This document shows, one piece after another, positions 38,331 to 47,934 of a stretch of 64,000 bases of DNA. The stretch covers positions 11,011-75,010 of the forward strand of contig CAZTWL010000009.1 of assembly GCA_964617825.1 (NCBI GenBank). Reading direction: 5' to 3'. This stretch comes from an uncultured Verrucomicrobiota bacterium. GTDB taxonomy: Bacteria; Verrucomicrobiota; Kiritimatiellia; JAAZAB01. The notes under the pieces are model-generated. The model was not told where the DNA came from. It did not search any database and was given only the letters and a program-made list of their open reading frames with translations. Within the stretch, counting starts at the first letter, position 1; each line of letters begins with the position of its first letter. Position numbers and translations under genes: made by a program.

Positions 38331-39566
38331 TTACCGGCCGTCCGGTTTACTCCTGCATGCGGCTTCATACACGGCCCGAACGGATACGCCGGCGCTCTCG
38401 GCCACGCGTCGGCAATCGTCATATTCCGGCGATGTGGTGATATCGGCGCCCTGCCAACGGCCGATTTTTACACGAACGCTGCCAAAAACCGTTTCCACGG
38501 TTTCATGGCGACGCTCCAATATGGTGCGCTGGACGGGATATTCCCGGATGCCGAAAGTCGTGCTTTCGCGGAAGATCAAATCCCGAATGGCCGAACGCTG
38601 GTCCGGCCGACACAAAACCGTCAGTAGAATACCGGGCCGCTGTTTCTTCATTTGCACGGGCGTCATGAACGCATCCAGGGCGCCGGCGGCCAACAAGCGC
38701 TGCATCAGGTTGCCCATCAATTCCGGCGGCAGGTCATCCAGGTTGCATTCTAACACCAGGCAGATGTCCGTTGCAGGACCGGCATCCGCCGCTCGAAGGG
38801 GATCCACGGCAACCGATTCCATCAGGATGGCGCGCAGGACATTAGGTCGACCGCTCAGGGTCCGGTGTCCGAATCCCTGCCCGACCTTCAGAATGCGGCT
38901 GCCCTCGGGGAAATGGTCGAGTGTTTTCCAGGTTGTCAGCAGCGCCGCACCCGTGGGAGTGACTAATTCGAATGTCTCGTCGACCGACGTCACAGGGAAA
39001 CCTTTAAGCAATTCCACAGTTGCCGGGGCCGGCAAAGGCAACAGCCCGTGCGCGCAGGCAACCGTTCCATGGCCCAACGGCAGCGGACCAAACGACACGC
39101 CGGTAACTCCAAGCGACTCCAAGCCCAGGCAGGCGCCGACAATGTCAATAATGGAATCCACGGCGCCCACCTCGTGGAAATGCACCTGTTCGGGAGCAAT
39201 CCCATGCACCCGCGCTTCCGCTTCCGCCAAGCGCCGGAATACTCGAAGACTGGCCGCCTGCACGGAAGCCGGGAAGCTGCTGCCCTCGATCAAGGCCCGG
39301 ATTTCGTTTAATCCGCGATGGGGGGTATGCGCATGTTCGACGTGGCCATGCGCATGGATTGGCGCCTGCACATCGACCCGCGTGCCGTGCAAGCCGTGTT
39401 CGCTGGCAGATGCCGCTTCAATCGTAAATTGCCCGATTGACAAACCGGCCAGTTGGCGCTGCACATCCGCGCGATTGACCCCGAGGTCAAAAATGGCCGC
39501 CAGGATCATGTCGCCGCTGGCCCCGCCCACACTGTCGAAATGCAGATGCTTCATAATTCGCATCAT
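38331..39566 (-). CDS. larC: nickel-pincer nucleotide cofactor nickel-insertion protein LarC (DUF111)
   Basis: MKHLHFDSVGGASGDM N-terminal signature, with a C-terminal CTP-hydrolysing domain. The true start may be ATG 39554. Confidence 0.8.
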   Translation of the reverse strand: MMRIMKHLHFDSVGGASGDMILAAIFDLGVNRADVQRQLAGLSIGQFTIEAASASEHGLHGTRVDVQAPIHAHGHVEHAHTPHRGLNEIRALIEGSSFPASVQAASLRVFRRLAEAEARVHGIAPEQVHFHEVGAVDSIIDIVGACLGLESLGVTGVSFGPLPLGHGTVACAHGLLPLPAPATVELLKGFPVTSVDETFELVTPTGAALLTTWKTLDHFPEGSRILKVGQGFGHRTLSGRPNVLRAILMESVAVDPLRAADAGPATDICLVLECNLDDLPPELMGNLMQRLLAAGALDAFMTPVQMKKQRPGILLTVLCRPDQRSAIRDLIFRESTTFGIREYPVQRTILERRHETVETVFGSVRVKIGRWQGADITTSPEYDDCRRVAESAGVSVRAVYEAACRSKPDGR

Positions 39567-39698
39567 TCAATAAACTGTTGAAAAAACTCGTTGGTGTCCT
39601 GCCAAGGCGATAGATCTCGGGAGTGAATCGAAAGATCTCGCGACTACGATCGGGAAGTCATGTTCGGACGACCATTGACCAACGCCCATTTTTGTCCC

Positions 39699-40466
39699 TT
39701 ATCCCTTGTCCCTTGCCGGCTCTCCCACCCGATTGATCAACGCGGCGGCAACACCCGCGCCGAAACCGTTGTCGATATTAACCACTGTAATTCCAGGCGC
39801 GCAGGAATTGAGCATCGCCAGCAGGGCGGCCAAACCTTTAAAATTAACGCCGTAGCCAATGCTCGTGGGAACGGCCACAATCGGGCGGTCAACCAACCCG
39901 CCGACAACCGACGGCAATGCGCCTTCCATGCCGGCGACGACCACCAGGGCGCGGGCGCGCTTCAATGTTTCCACATGGCCAAGAACCCGATGCAGGCCCG
40001 CCACGCCGACATCATAAATGCGGGCCACATGCGCGCCCATGATTTCCGCGGTCAGGGCCGCTTCCTCAGCAACGGGAATATCGGATGTACCGGCACAGAC
40101 CACAGCCACCTGTCCAACGGGCGGCACTGGTTCGACAACCTGCAAGGTTATCGCCCTGGGCAGTTCGTGATAAACCGCCCGGACATGCGCTTGGCGCACA
40201 ACGGCATACTGTTCGGGCGTGGCACGTGTGGCGAGCACATTCTGCCCGCCGGCAATCAGCGCGGACATGATTTTGACAATTTGATCGGCAGTCTTGCCCG
40301 GACAGAAAATGACTTCCGCCAAGCCGCGCCGGCGCAGGCGATCGAGGTCTACGCGCGCAAAGCCCAGATTCGTTTCCGCGCGCGCAGCCAGGATGCTTTC
40401 CGCCTCCGCCGCGGACACCTCTCCGCGCGCCACACGCTGAAGCAATTCACTCAGGTTTACATCCAT
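39699..40466 (-). CDS. larB: pyridinium-3,5-biscarboxylic acid mononucleotide synthase LarB (PurE-like)
   Basis: PurE-fold motif VAVVCAGTSDIPVAEEA, with the N-terminal extension typical of LarB. Confidence 0.8.
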   Translation of the reverse strand: MDVNLSELLQRVARGEVSAAEAESILAARAETNLGFARVDLDRLRRRGLAEVIFCPGKTADQIVKIMSALIAGGQNVLATRATPEQYAVVRQAHVRAVYHELPRAITLQVVEPVPPVGQVAVVCAGTSDIPVAEEAALTAEIMGAHVARIYDVGVAGLHRVLGHVETLKRARALVVVAGMEGALPSVVGGLVDRPIVAVPTSIGYGVNFKGLAALLAMLNSCAPGITVVNIDNGFGAGVAAALINRVGEPARDKG

Positions 40467-40616
40467 ACTGCCTCCCGCCGGCAGTCCGGTCCGCTAAACG
40501 CAAATTTAATCATGACCCGCGTTCGTTTGTATGGTAGATTCAACCGCCTTGATCAAAGCGCCATGGAGCGGCGCGTTTCGATAGCGATTGTTCCGTAGGG
40601 CACGGCAGAAGTCAAT

Positions 40617-41438
40617 ATGCAAAACGAACCGACATTCACAATTCACGGCGCCCGCGGCTCAATGGCCGTATCCGGTGGGGCGTTCGACAAGTATGGCGGC
40701 GAAACTACTTGCTTCAGCCTGGTCGCCAGACAGGGGATATTGATTATCGACGCCGGCACAGGAATAATCGCGCTGGGCGACCGTCTGATGCGCCAGGAAT
40801 GGCTCCCGCCGATAACCATCATGTTCACCCATTTTCATCTGGACCACTTGATCGGACTCCCCTTGTTCAAGCCTCTTTACCGGGCGGGCGCTTCGATCAC
40901 GCTCATGGCCGACCCGCATCGGGAAGAAAACTGGCAAAATAGTTTAAAAACACTCCTTGGTCCTCCGTTTTGGCCGCTCAAACTGGAGCGCTCCGGAGCC
41001 GCCATCCGCTTCCAGCCGCTGCCCAAGCACGGCAACTGTATGCGAACCAACGGCATCGAGATTGCCTGGCATTCGCTGCGGCATCCCCAACAATGCCTGG
41101 CTTATCGTCTGCGCACCCCGAACCGCTCCATTGTAATTGCCACCGACCACGAGCAGGATGCGGTTGCGGTCGACGAGGGTTTTACCGATTTTTGCCGCGG
41201 GGCTGCGGCGCTGGTTGCCGACGCACAATATACCCCGGCCGAATATCCCGCCCATCGTGGCTGGGGGCATGGCACCTGGTACGCTTGCGCCCTCCAGGCC
41301 GCTGCAGCCGGCGTGGGCAAACTGATCCTGACCCATCATGACTTACGCCGGACAGACCGCCAGATCGACTGCATCGTGCGCCGGGCGCGGCGGATATTTC
41401 CCGCCACGCATGCGGCGCGCGCCGGCATGCGCCTTTGA
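40617..41438 (+). CDS. MBL-fold metallo-hydrolase
   Basis: THFHLDHLIGLP (HxHxDH) motif plus downstream His/Asp ligands. Confidence 0.7.
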   Translation: MQNEPTFTIHGARGSMAVSGGAFDKYGGETTCFSLVARQGILIIDAGTGIIALGDRLMRQEWLPPITIMFTHFHLDHLIGLPLFKPLYRAGASITLMADPHREENWQNSLKTLLGPPFWPLKLERSGAAIRFQPLPKHGNCMRTNGIEIAWHSLRHPQQCLAYRLRTPNRSIVIATDHEQDAVAVDEGFTDFCRGAAALVADAQYTPAEYPAHRGWGHGTWYACALQAAAAGVGKLILTHHDLRRTDRQIDCIVRRARRIFPATHAARAGMRL

Positions 41439-41477
41439 ACGCGGGGCTCGGTTGCCTCTCATTCGCGGCAAGGGTCC

Positions 41478-42830
41478 CTACCCGGCCACCGTGATTTTTC
41501 CCAACGCGTACCAGCCATCCGTCGCCATGCCGTCAATGGCCAGCTTGACCTTAGGTGTACGCGTCTGCGGATCGAGCAACGCGATGCTGAAATCGTACTC
41601 GCCGACAGGCATATCGGCCGGGATAAAGATGCTGCTGTCGTAGATCACATCGCCCGGCAGCCAGGAGCGGATATCGGCATCCGTCATGAAGGCCTCGGTG
41701 CGTTTCGCCCCTTTCAAACGCAAGGCCACGGGAAACGGCTTATAGCACGGGGCCACACCTTTGTTTTCCCACCAGGTGCTGAAATCAAGCTTGCCCTGCG
41801 CCTGCACAACAGGCGGAAAAACGAATTTACGCAGCACAAAACGATAGCCCATCTTCTTAAGCCAGCGGTTCACCTGCGGCCACCACTCGTCCGGCACAGC
41901 CGATGACTTGCCGTTGAACGACGATATATGCCATTTCAACGACTGGTCGATGATGTAATCGATGTCCCAGCCCTTGTCCTTCCAGAACTGCATGACCCAA
42001 CAGACTTCCAGGCTGACGGGCGCCTTCTGCCACGCGTCCCGCATTCCGAAGTTAACGATGCCGGCGGGATAATAATCGAACATGTGATTCCAATCGGCCC
42101 GGAAGCCGCCCAGGTCGCCAAGGCAATCCACTCGCCAGCCAACCGGCTTTTTCGAAAGGCCGTAGCCATTTGTCTTGGCATCCGTCAGCAGCATCAGCAG
42201 CGGAGTCTTGTTAAAGGAGTCCAGGTAGGCATCCACAAGCGCAGCGCGCGCCGTTCCGCTGAGGTTCGCGGAACCTGCGCCCTCGCCCCAAAACCCGACG
42301 ATGGAAAGGTCCACGCTCTCCAAGTCAGGATGGCCGTCATAACGCTTGCCAAGCGCCCGAATCATGTTGCCGAAATGCAAGGCATAGCGCGGGTCCTCCG
42401 GATCTGTCCGCCAACTGCTGACCGGCAATTTAGCGGACTCTTTGCCTACCAGCTTGCGATACCAGCCGGGAACATCCTTTTCGGGTTCATCGCTATACGG
42501 CGCAATCCGGATCATAAGCGTTTGTCCACGGCTATGGGCAACCTTCAGAGCGTTGTCAAACAATGCCCAGACATACTCCCCCTGCTTCGGCTCAACATAA
42601 CGCCAGCTGACCCGGAAATAGGCAATCGAGGTATCGGGATGATTCTTGTTTTTAAGGCTGCCCTTAAAATTCTGGTACGCGATGGGCAGTCCTTTCGTCC
42701 AAGTCAACCCGACATGCGAGATGTCGCCGTTAAAACGCTGGAAGGTCATGAATCCCATGCCTGGATTGACCAGGACATCGTCAATCTCTTTGGGCCGCAC
42801 GATGACTGTCGCCGGTAATCTGCGCCGCAT
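41478..42830 (-). CDS. putative glycoside hydrolase, (beta/alpha)8 clan GH-A-like (GH42/GH5-like N-terminal architecture)
   Basis: The pattern W.YVEPKQGEYVW..FDNALKVAHSRGQTLMIRI is typical of TIM-barrel glycosidases. 450 aa. Confidence 0.6.
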   Translation of the reverse strand: MRRRLPATVIVRPKEIDDVLVNPGMGFMTFQRFNGDISHVGLTWTKGLPIAYQNFKGSLKNKNHPDTSIAYFRVSWRYVEPKQGEYVWALFDNALKVAHSRGQTLMIRIAPYSDEPEKDVPGWYRKLVGKESAKLPVSSWRTDPEDPRYALHFGNMIRALGKRYDGHPDLESVDLSIVGFWGEGAGSANLSGTARAALVDAYLDSFNKTPLLMLLTDAKTNGYGLSKKPVGWRVDCLGDLGGFRADWNHMFDYYPAGIVNFGMRDAWQKAPVSLEVCWVMQFWKDKGWDIDYIIDQSLKWHISSFNGKSSAVPDEWWPQVNRWLKKMGYRFVLRKFVFPPVVQAQGKLDFSTWWENKGVAPCYKPFPVALRLKGAKRTEAFMTDADIRSWLPGDVIYDSSIFIPADMPVGEYDFSIALLDPQTRTPKVKLAIDGMATDGWYALGKITVAG

Positions 42831-42906
42831 TTTTTTCTCCTTTGTTCGATTTGTATGGCTCGATCTATTGGAAGAAAAATATCAATATCGGTGAAATCAA
42901 TGATCG

Positions 42907-44997
42907 CTATTTGGCGGAACCGGTATATTGCAGGATTAACATGGAGTACTGGTCCAGCCTTTCAAGCCGGAAAGCAATGGAGTTCTTCGCGGTCCGGCAC
43001 GGGACGGGGGATTCTTCCGGCGCAAGCAAAAGCCGCTTGGCACGAATGCCGGTCGGCAGGTTCACTCGCACCTTAATGTCGAAAAGCGGCGCCGGCGGCA
43101 GGTCGGCCGGCAGATTGAGCACGCTGATTATCAACCGCCTTTTATCAGGCTGATCGAAGACCGTGATCTCGGTTGTTGCCGGGGCATTGGTTTCGATTAT
43201 TTTCTTTTTGCCGAGCAGGGAAAGAAAGATCCCGGCCAGAATTTCTCGATGCGCGTCGAAGCCCATGTCTTCAAGTTTCCCGGCGACATAGATCGCTTCG
43301 CCTTTCCCGAATTTGTGCCGGATGGCGGCGGGCGACTTTTCCCAGATCATCGGCGGATTGCTGATCGCCGAGCCGAATCGGACAACCTCTTCCCTGCCCG
43401 AGCAAGGCAATGCCAATGTTCCGAGCACCTCCGCGTCGGGCTCCGCGTCCAAAATAATCTGCGGCCCGTCCAGCATCACCGGATGCGCCCGGGTAAAGAA
43501 ATCATTGAACATTGATTTCTCCGTCGGGCTGATATAGGTCAGAGGGAGCGTCTTGCCTCGGTAATGGATACCGAACATCTCCGCCAACTTGAAATCGCCG
43601 CGGAAACCTTTTTCCGGATCGTAGAGCGAAGTGTGATAGGAAGCGAAAACCTTTCCGCCGTTGCGCACATATTCCGCGAGGGCTTCGCATTCTTCATCCG
43701 CAAGGCGCGAGGCGTCGCTCACGATCAGCAGCGGATACTTGCCCAGGTCCTTGGTTCTGTTCGTGGCAAAAGTGAAAAGCAGATGCTTCCCGGAAAGCGT
43801 TTTGACTATATTGCGGCGCGGCATCCAGTGTTTGGAATCCGCCTCGCTGCGCTTTTCCACCGGCCGCGGACTGTCGATGTCAACCTGCGAATCCGTATTG
43901 AAATAAATCGCCGCATCCGCGAGGGGCACGGAAGATCCGTCAATATATTTCTCGTACTTGCGGTAGGCGGCGTTGATGGAATGCGCATGTTCATAAAACC
44001 GGCGGTCGAGCGTGCCGAAGGGATCGATGGCGTCGATCAGCGTGAAAGACGCCTGGTTCGCCAACGCGGCGTAAGCACGCATTAGCAGGTTGATGTAGCT
44101 GCGCTCCGTGGTGTGATGAAGCAGTGTTTCACACCGCGGAGTCATGAACTCCATCGGGCGGTTTTTGGAAAAGGCGCCGAACATCTTGCACACCGCAGAC
44201 TGCTCAATGCTGTCTCCGGTAAAATCACCCGCCAAAAAGTCGCTGCTTGATAAAAAATCGAGGTTCATGGCGCCGCCCCATCCGACAACAATGCTTGCAG
44301 ACTGCAGCGTCACGGTCCTATCCGGGGTGCGTTTTTTGACTGTTGCGACGATCTTGCGCCCAAATTCCGTCAACCAGCGTTCACGGCAGGATTCATATGC
44401 CAGCCAGCATGGATCGTTCCAGTCGATAAAACGCGGGATTTCGTTGTAGACCGATTCCTTGCGGAACCTTGCCGTGCATTCCGGGCAGTAACAGACCTTG
44501 GAAAACCATCCGATCATATCGATCCACAGCCCAACGCCGTCATAGCGCGAATTCAATTCATCAAGTTCCTGCAGAAACATCTTGCCGAACCCGCGGTTAA
44601 AGCAGCAAAGCCCGAAACGGGTATTTTGATGTTCGCGGTTGCCCGCGCCGTCTTCCAGAATCATGCGCCATTCAGGATGGGCGTCATAGCCGGCGCGACA
44701 CCAGACATTCAGGTAAAGCTGCACGGCAATGCCGGCTTTTTTGCAGGCTTTGATCGTAGCGCCCAGGATATCGCGGCCTTTCAGTTGCTTGTGCGGGAAC
44801 CCGACTTTCGTGGGCCAATAGCACAGCCCCAGGCAGGAACCGGCGTATATTTCCGCCACCGTGATATTGGCCAGCTTCATCATCTCCGCATATCTGGCCG
44901 GGGAAAAATCACGCAGGAGGCGGCCATCCCAGTCGGGAATATGCATATCCACAAGAATCCTGCGGAGATTTTTTTCGAACCACTTTTGGGATGCCAT
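42907..44997 (-). CDS. putative glycoside-hydrolase-like TIM-barrel protein (GH42/GHL6-like) with a C-terminal beta-sandwich region
   Basis: RRILVDMHIPDWD motif. ATG 44997 with an AAGGA upstream. 696 aa. Confidence 0.6.
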   Translation of the reverse strand: MASQKWFEKNLRRILVDMHIPDWDGRLLRDFSPARYAEMMKLANITVAEIYAGSCLGLCYWPTKVGFPHKQLKGRDILGATIKACKKAGIAVQLYLNVWCRAGYDAHPEWRMILEDGAGNREHQNTRFGLCCFNRGFGKMFLQELDELNSRYDGVGLWIDMIGWFSKVCYCPECTARFRKESVYNEIPRFIDWNDPCWLAYESCRERWLTEFGRKIVATVKKRTPDRTVTLQSASIVVGWGGAMNLDFLSSSDFLAGDFTGDSIEQSAVCKMFGAFSKNRPMEFMTPRCETLLHHTTERSYINLLMRAYAALANQASFTLIDAIDPFGTLDRRFYEHAHSINAAYRKYEKYIDGSSVPLADAAIYFNTDSQVDIDSPRPVEKRSEADSKHWMPRRNIVKTLSGKHLLFTFATNRTKDLGKYPLLIVSDASRLADEECEALAEYVRNGGKVFASYHTSLYDPEKGFRGDFKLAEMFGIHYRGKTLPLTYISPTEKSMFNDFFTRAHPVMLDGPQIILDAEPDAEVLGTLALPCSGREEVVRFGSAISNPPMIWEKSPAAIRHKFGKGEAIYVAGKLEDMGFDAHREILAGIFLSLLGKKKIIETNAPATTEITVFDQPDKRRLIISVLNLPADLPPAPLFDIKVRVNLPTGIRAKRLLLAPEESPVPCRTAKNSIAFRLERLDQYSMLILQYTGSAK

Positions 44998-45164
44998 TTT
45001 TTTATCGTCCTTTGGCAAGGATCCCGAAAAACTCAAATCGACGACCGCGCGCTTTTTCCCGCAATACGCGGCCGCCGCCCCTGGAAGGCGCCAGGTTTTG
45101 AATAGCCAAAGTTTTGCCTGCTCTATCGGCGGAATTTGATTGTTGAGGGACAGCCGCCGGCCGG

Positions 45165-45872
45165 TTAGCCGGCATCCTTATTTTCCGGCGGAACTGCCGT
45201 CTGGATGGAAGACTCCACCCGCCGCACTTCCGCCAGGATGGTCTCCGCCGGGCTGCGCTGGGCAATCATGGCTTTAAAATTGCTCTGGCGCAGGACAAAG
45301 GAAAGGCGCGCGAGCATATGCAAATGGATGCGTGGCGCCGAACTGACCAGCGTAAAAAGCGCGAAAACCGGCTGACCATCCAAAGCCCCGAAATCCACTG
45401 GCTTCGCCAGCAGGCACAAAGTCACCTGCGGCTGGGTAACGCGCAGGACGATTGGATTGCGCGGATGCGGAATGGCAATGCCGTCGCCAACCGCGGTCGA
45501 GGCCAAGGCCTCGCGGGCCAGGAGCATCCGATACAACAATTCGCGATCCACATCCTCCGGCAAGTGCAAAAGGTCGACAATCGCGCGCAGGACGGTGGGT
45601 TTATCGACGCCGCCGACATCGTGGAAAATGCCGCCCAACGCAAGTGCCTCCGAAAAAGACGGCAGGTGTTCATGCTCTTCGTTTTCATCGTAAAACAGGG
45701 ACGGCGGAACTTTCAGCTTATGACCCGTCGCCCACTCCAGCAGTTCCGCGCGATTGAAGCGAAATTGGTTGCCAATCCGGCTGGCCGGCAAATTGTCATG
45801 CTTTACCCACCGCAACACCGTTTTTTCAGAAACGTTCAAACGCTCCGCCACATCACGTACAGACCATTGCAT
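45165..45872 (-). CDS. one-component regulator: excisionase/MerR-type HTH fused to a PTS EIIA(Ntr/Fru, type 2) domain
   Basis: The HTH is WSVRDVAERLNVSEKTVLRWVKHDNLPASRIG. The EIIA-2 domain carries the phosphorylatable His in GDGIAIPH. ATG 45872 has a CAGGAG upstream. Confidence 0.75.
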   Translation of the reverse strand: MQWSVRDVAERLNVSEKTVLRWVKHDNLPASRIGNQFRFNRAELLEWATGHKLKVPPSLFYDENEEHEHLPSFSEALALGGIFHDVGGVDKPTVLRAIVDLLHLPEDVDRELLYRMLLAREALASTAVGDGIAIPHPRNPIVLRVTQPQVTLCLLAKPVDFGALDGQPVFALFTLVSSAPRIHLHMLARLSFVLRQSNFKAMIAQRSPAETILAEVRRVESSIQTAVPPENKDAG

Positions 45873-46234
45873 AATATGCTTGCTCCTGACTATTGATCGC
45901 TTGCGCATTGCAAGCCGGTCGCCATTCCGAATCGGGCTGATTATCCCGTTTGAATTGGCATGACCAATATGAACTAAAAACCTGTAAAATCAACACTAAT
46001 CCAAGCCGGGCACAAGCGCGCTCCAAACCCAACCCGGTTTGATGCAAATTGGGCCCCGTCGTGGAAAGACGGATCCCATTCGCCGTATATCAGCGGCGGG
46101 TTTTCAAAAAATATTAGCGCAAATTCACGGCTAAATTTCCGAATGGATTGAAAATCGCCGCATTTATCTCCAGATCGATGTTTATCCGCCGCAAAGCTCG
46201 TTTTTGCATTGTCAGTCGCAGGTTCTGGCCGGGA

Positions 46235-46828
46235 TCATTCCAAAGGGACATCAAGAACGCGGTAATTAGTCCACGTGGAATCGTCAAAATGCCACCACTC
46301 GGTTGCAAACGGCTCAAAACCGCATTCGATCATTGTGGCACGCAAGAGCGCGCGGTTGGAAATGGCCGCCGGCGGCAGATTGGTAAAAGCATACTGAGCC
46401 CGCGCGCTGAAATCGTCGTAGGTTGATGGCATTTCCAACTCCTGGCCCGATTCGAGCGTAACCAAGGTGACGTCAACCGCCGAACCACGATTATGGCGCG
46501 AGCCCTTGGCCGGGTCGGCGACATACCTTTCATCCGGCATAATGGACCAGAATATTTTCTGGACGCTTAATGGCCGATAGGCATCATATACCATCAGTCC
46601 CAGCCCCCGGGCTTCAAGCAATTCCTGCGCCCGGGCAAGCTTGACCGCGGAAGGTTTACGCAAGAAAGCCTTGGCACATGGATAAACCTGACGGCCGGTA
46701 AAATTATTGGTAGTGGCATAGCGGATATCCAGTTTAATCCGGGAATTGACCGAAGTAATGGCGACAAGATCGTCGGGAAGGTTGCCGCCGGAAGCAATTG
46801 CCGCAATCAGGCCGACAACCAAGATCAT
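46235..46828 (-). CDS. D-alanyl-D-alanine dipeptidase (VanX/DdpX, peptidase M15D) with a signal peptide
   Basis: SRHNRGSAVDVTL zinc-ligand motif and EWWHFD motif. About 197 aa, with an N-terminal hydrophobic leader. Confidence 0.75.
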   Translation of the reverse strand: MILVVGLIAAIASGGNLPDDLVAITSVNSRIKLDIRYATTNNFTGRQVYPCAKAFLRKPSAVKLARAQELLEARGLGLMVYDAYRPLSVQKIFWSIMPDERYVADPAKGSRHNRGSAVDVTLVTLESGQELEMPSTYDDFSARAQYAFTNLPPAAISNRALLRATMIECGFEPFATEWWHFDDSTWTNYRVLDVPLE

Positions 46829-47205
46829 GCTGAAACGCTTTACTTGCAGCCGCCGGGCCGTTTTATTCCTGGGAAAAGCCGTCTGACCGGCCCCCCCGCT
46901 TGTCGGCCATCCTCTGCCACCATAAACCATAGGTATCCGTCCCTTGCGCTGCAATTTCCGCCGATTGAGGAATAAGAATGAGGATATTATATATTCATTT
47001 CATATTTGTCCATATCGCCACCAAACACCTCAACCCCGAGAAGGTCATCAGGAGCAACTTATCCCGCGCAACAACATGCTTACGGATATTTGCTTGCATT
47101 TTGGGATGTTCCATTTAAGAATGCAAGCAGCGCGATTTGGCGCTGAACTTCTATTCCGCTACGCGCATATTGGACTCTGGTTGTCTGCCTGGGATTCCCT
47201 AATTC

Positions 47206-47868
47206 ATGAGTAAAAACGAAACAACGCCTGCCCCTGAAATCAAGAACCTGTTTCTTAAGGCCATGGCACTCCTGCTGGTCCTCATCGCGGCCGCATCACT
47301 TTTTGCCAATTGGACGATTCAGCGAACCGATCTAGAGATGCGCGCGGCCCTGCTTCAGCAGACGCGGGCAGTGGCGCAGGCAATCAACATCGCACACATT
47401 ATGAAGCTCTCCGGCACGGAAGCCGACTTGAACAGCGAAGATTACATCCGGATTAAGGAACAGATTTCCGCCGTACGGCTGGCCAACCCGCAATGCCGGT
47501 TCATCTATCTCATGGGCCGCCAGGTTGACGGCTCGGTTTTCTTTTTTGTCGACAGCGAACGGCCGATCTCCAAGGACTATTCCCCGCCCGGGCAGGTCTA
47601 TAAGGAGGTTTCTGAAGATTATCGCCGTGTGTTCGATACCAAGACCGAGGTGGTCGTCGGGCCGAACACCGACCGCTGGGGCACATGGATATCCGGGCTG
47701 GTCCCGATTTCTTACACGCAAAGCGACCCTGTGCTTGCCGTGATGGGCATCGATATCGACGCCAACGCCTGGAAACGGAACCTGGCCGCCAAGTCGGTCC
47801 TGCCGGTGGGACTCGTCATCGTGATGCTCCTCGGCGTTTTCGCAGCCTGGTTTATCTCCTCCCACTGA
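47206..47868 (+). CDS. stand-alone periplasmic sensor-domain protein (Cache-like) flanked by two TM helices, with no output domain
   Basis: TM1 (res ~15-37), a ~150-aa extracytoplasmic domain, and TM2 at the extreme C-terminus followed directly by a stop codon. Confidence 0.55.
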   Translation: MSKNETTPAPEIKNLFLKAMALLLVLIAAASLFANWTIQRTDLEMRAALLQQTRAVAQAINIAHIMKLSGTEADLNSEDYIRIKEQISAVRLANPQCRFIYLMGRQVDGSVFFFVDSERPISKDYSPPGQVYKEVSEDYRRVFDTKTEVVVGPNTDRWGTWISGLVPISYTQSDPVLAVMGIDIDANAWKRNLAAKSVLPVGLVIVMLLGVFAAWFISSH

Positions 47869-47934
47869 CACCGCAGCGCCGCCAACTACGGAAGATAGCA
47901 ACCGTGCCGCGGTTTGATCCGCAGCGAGACCTTT

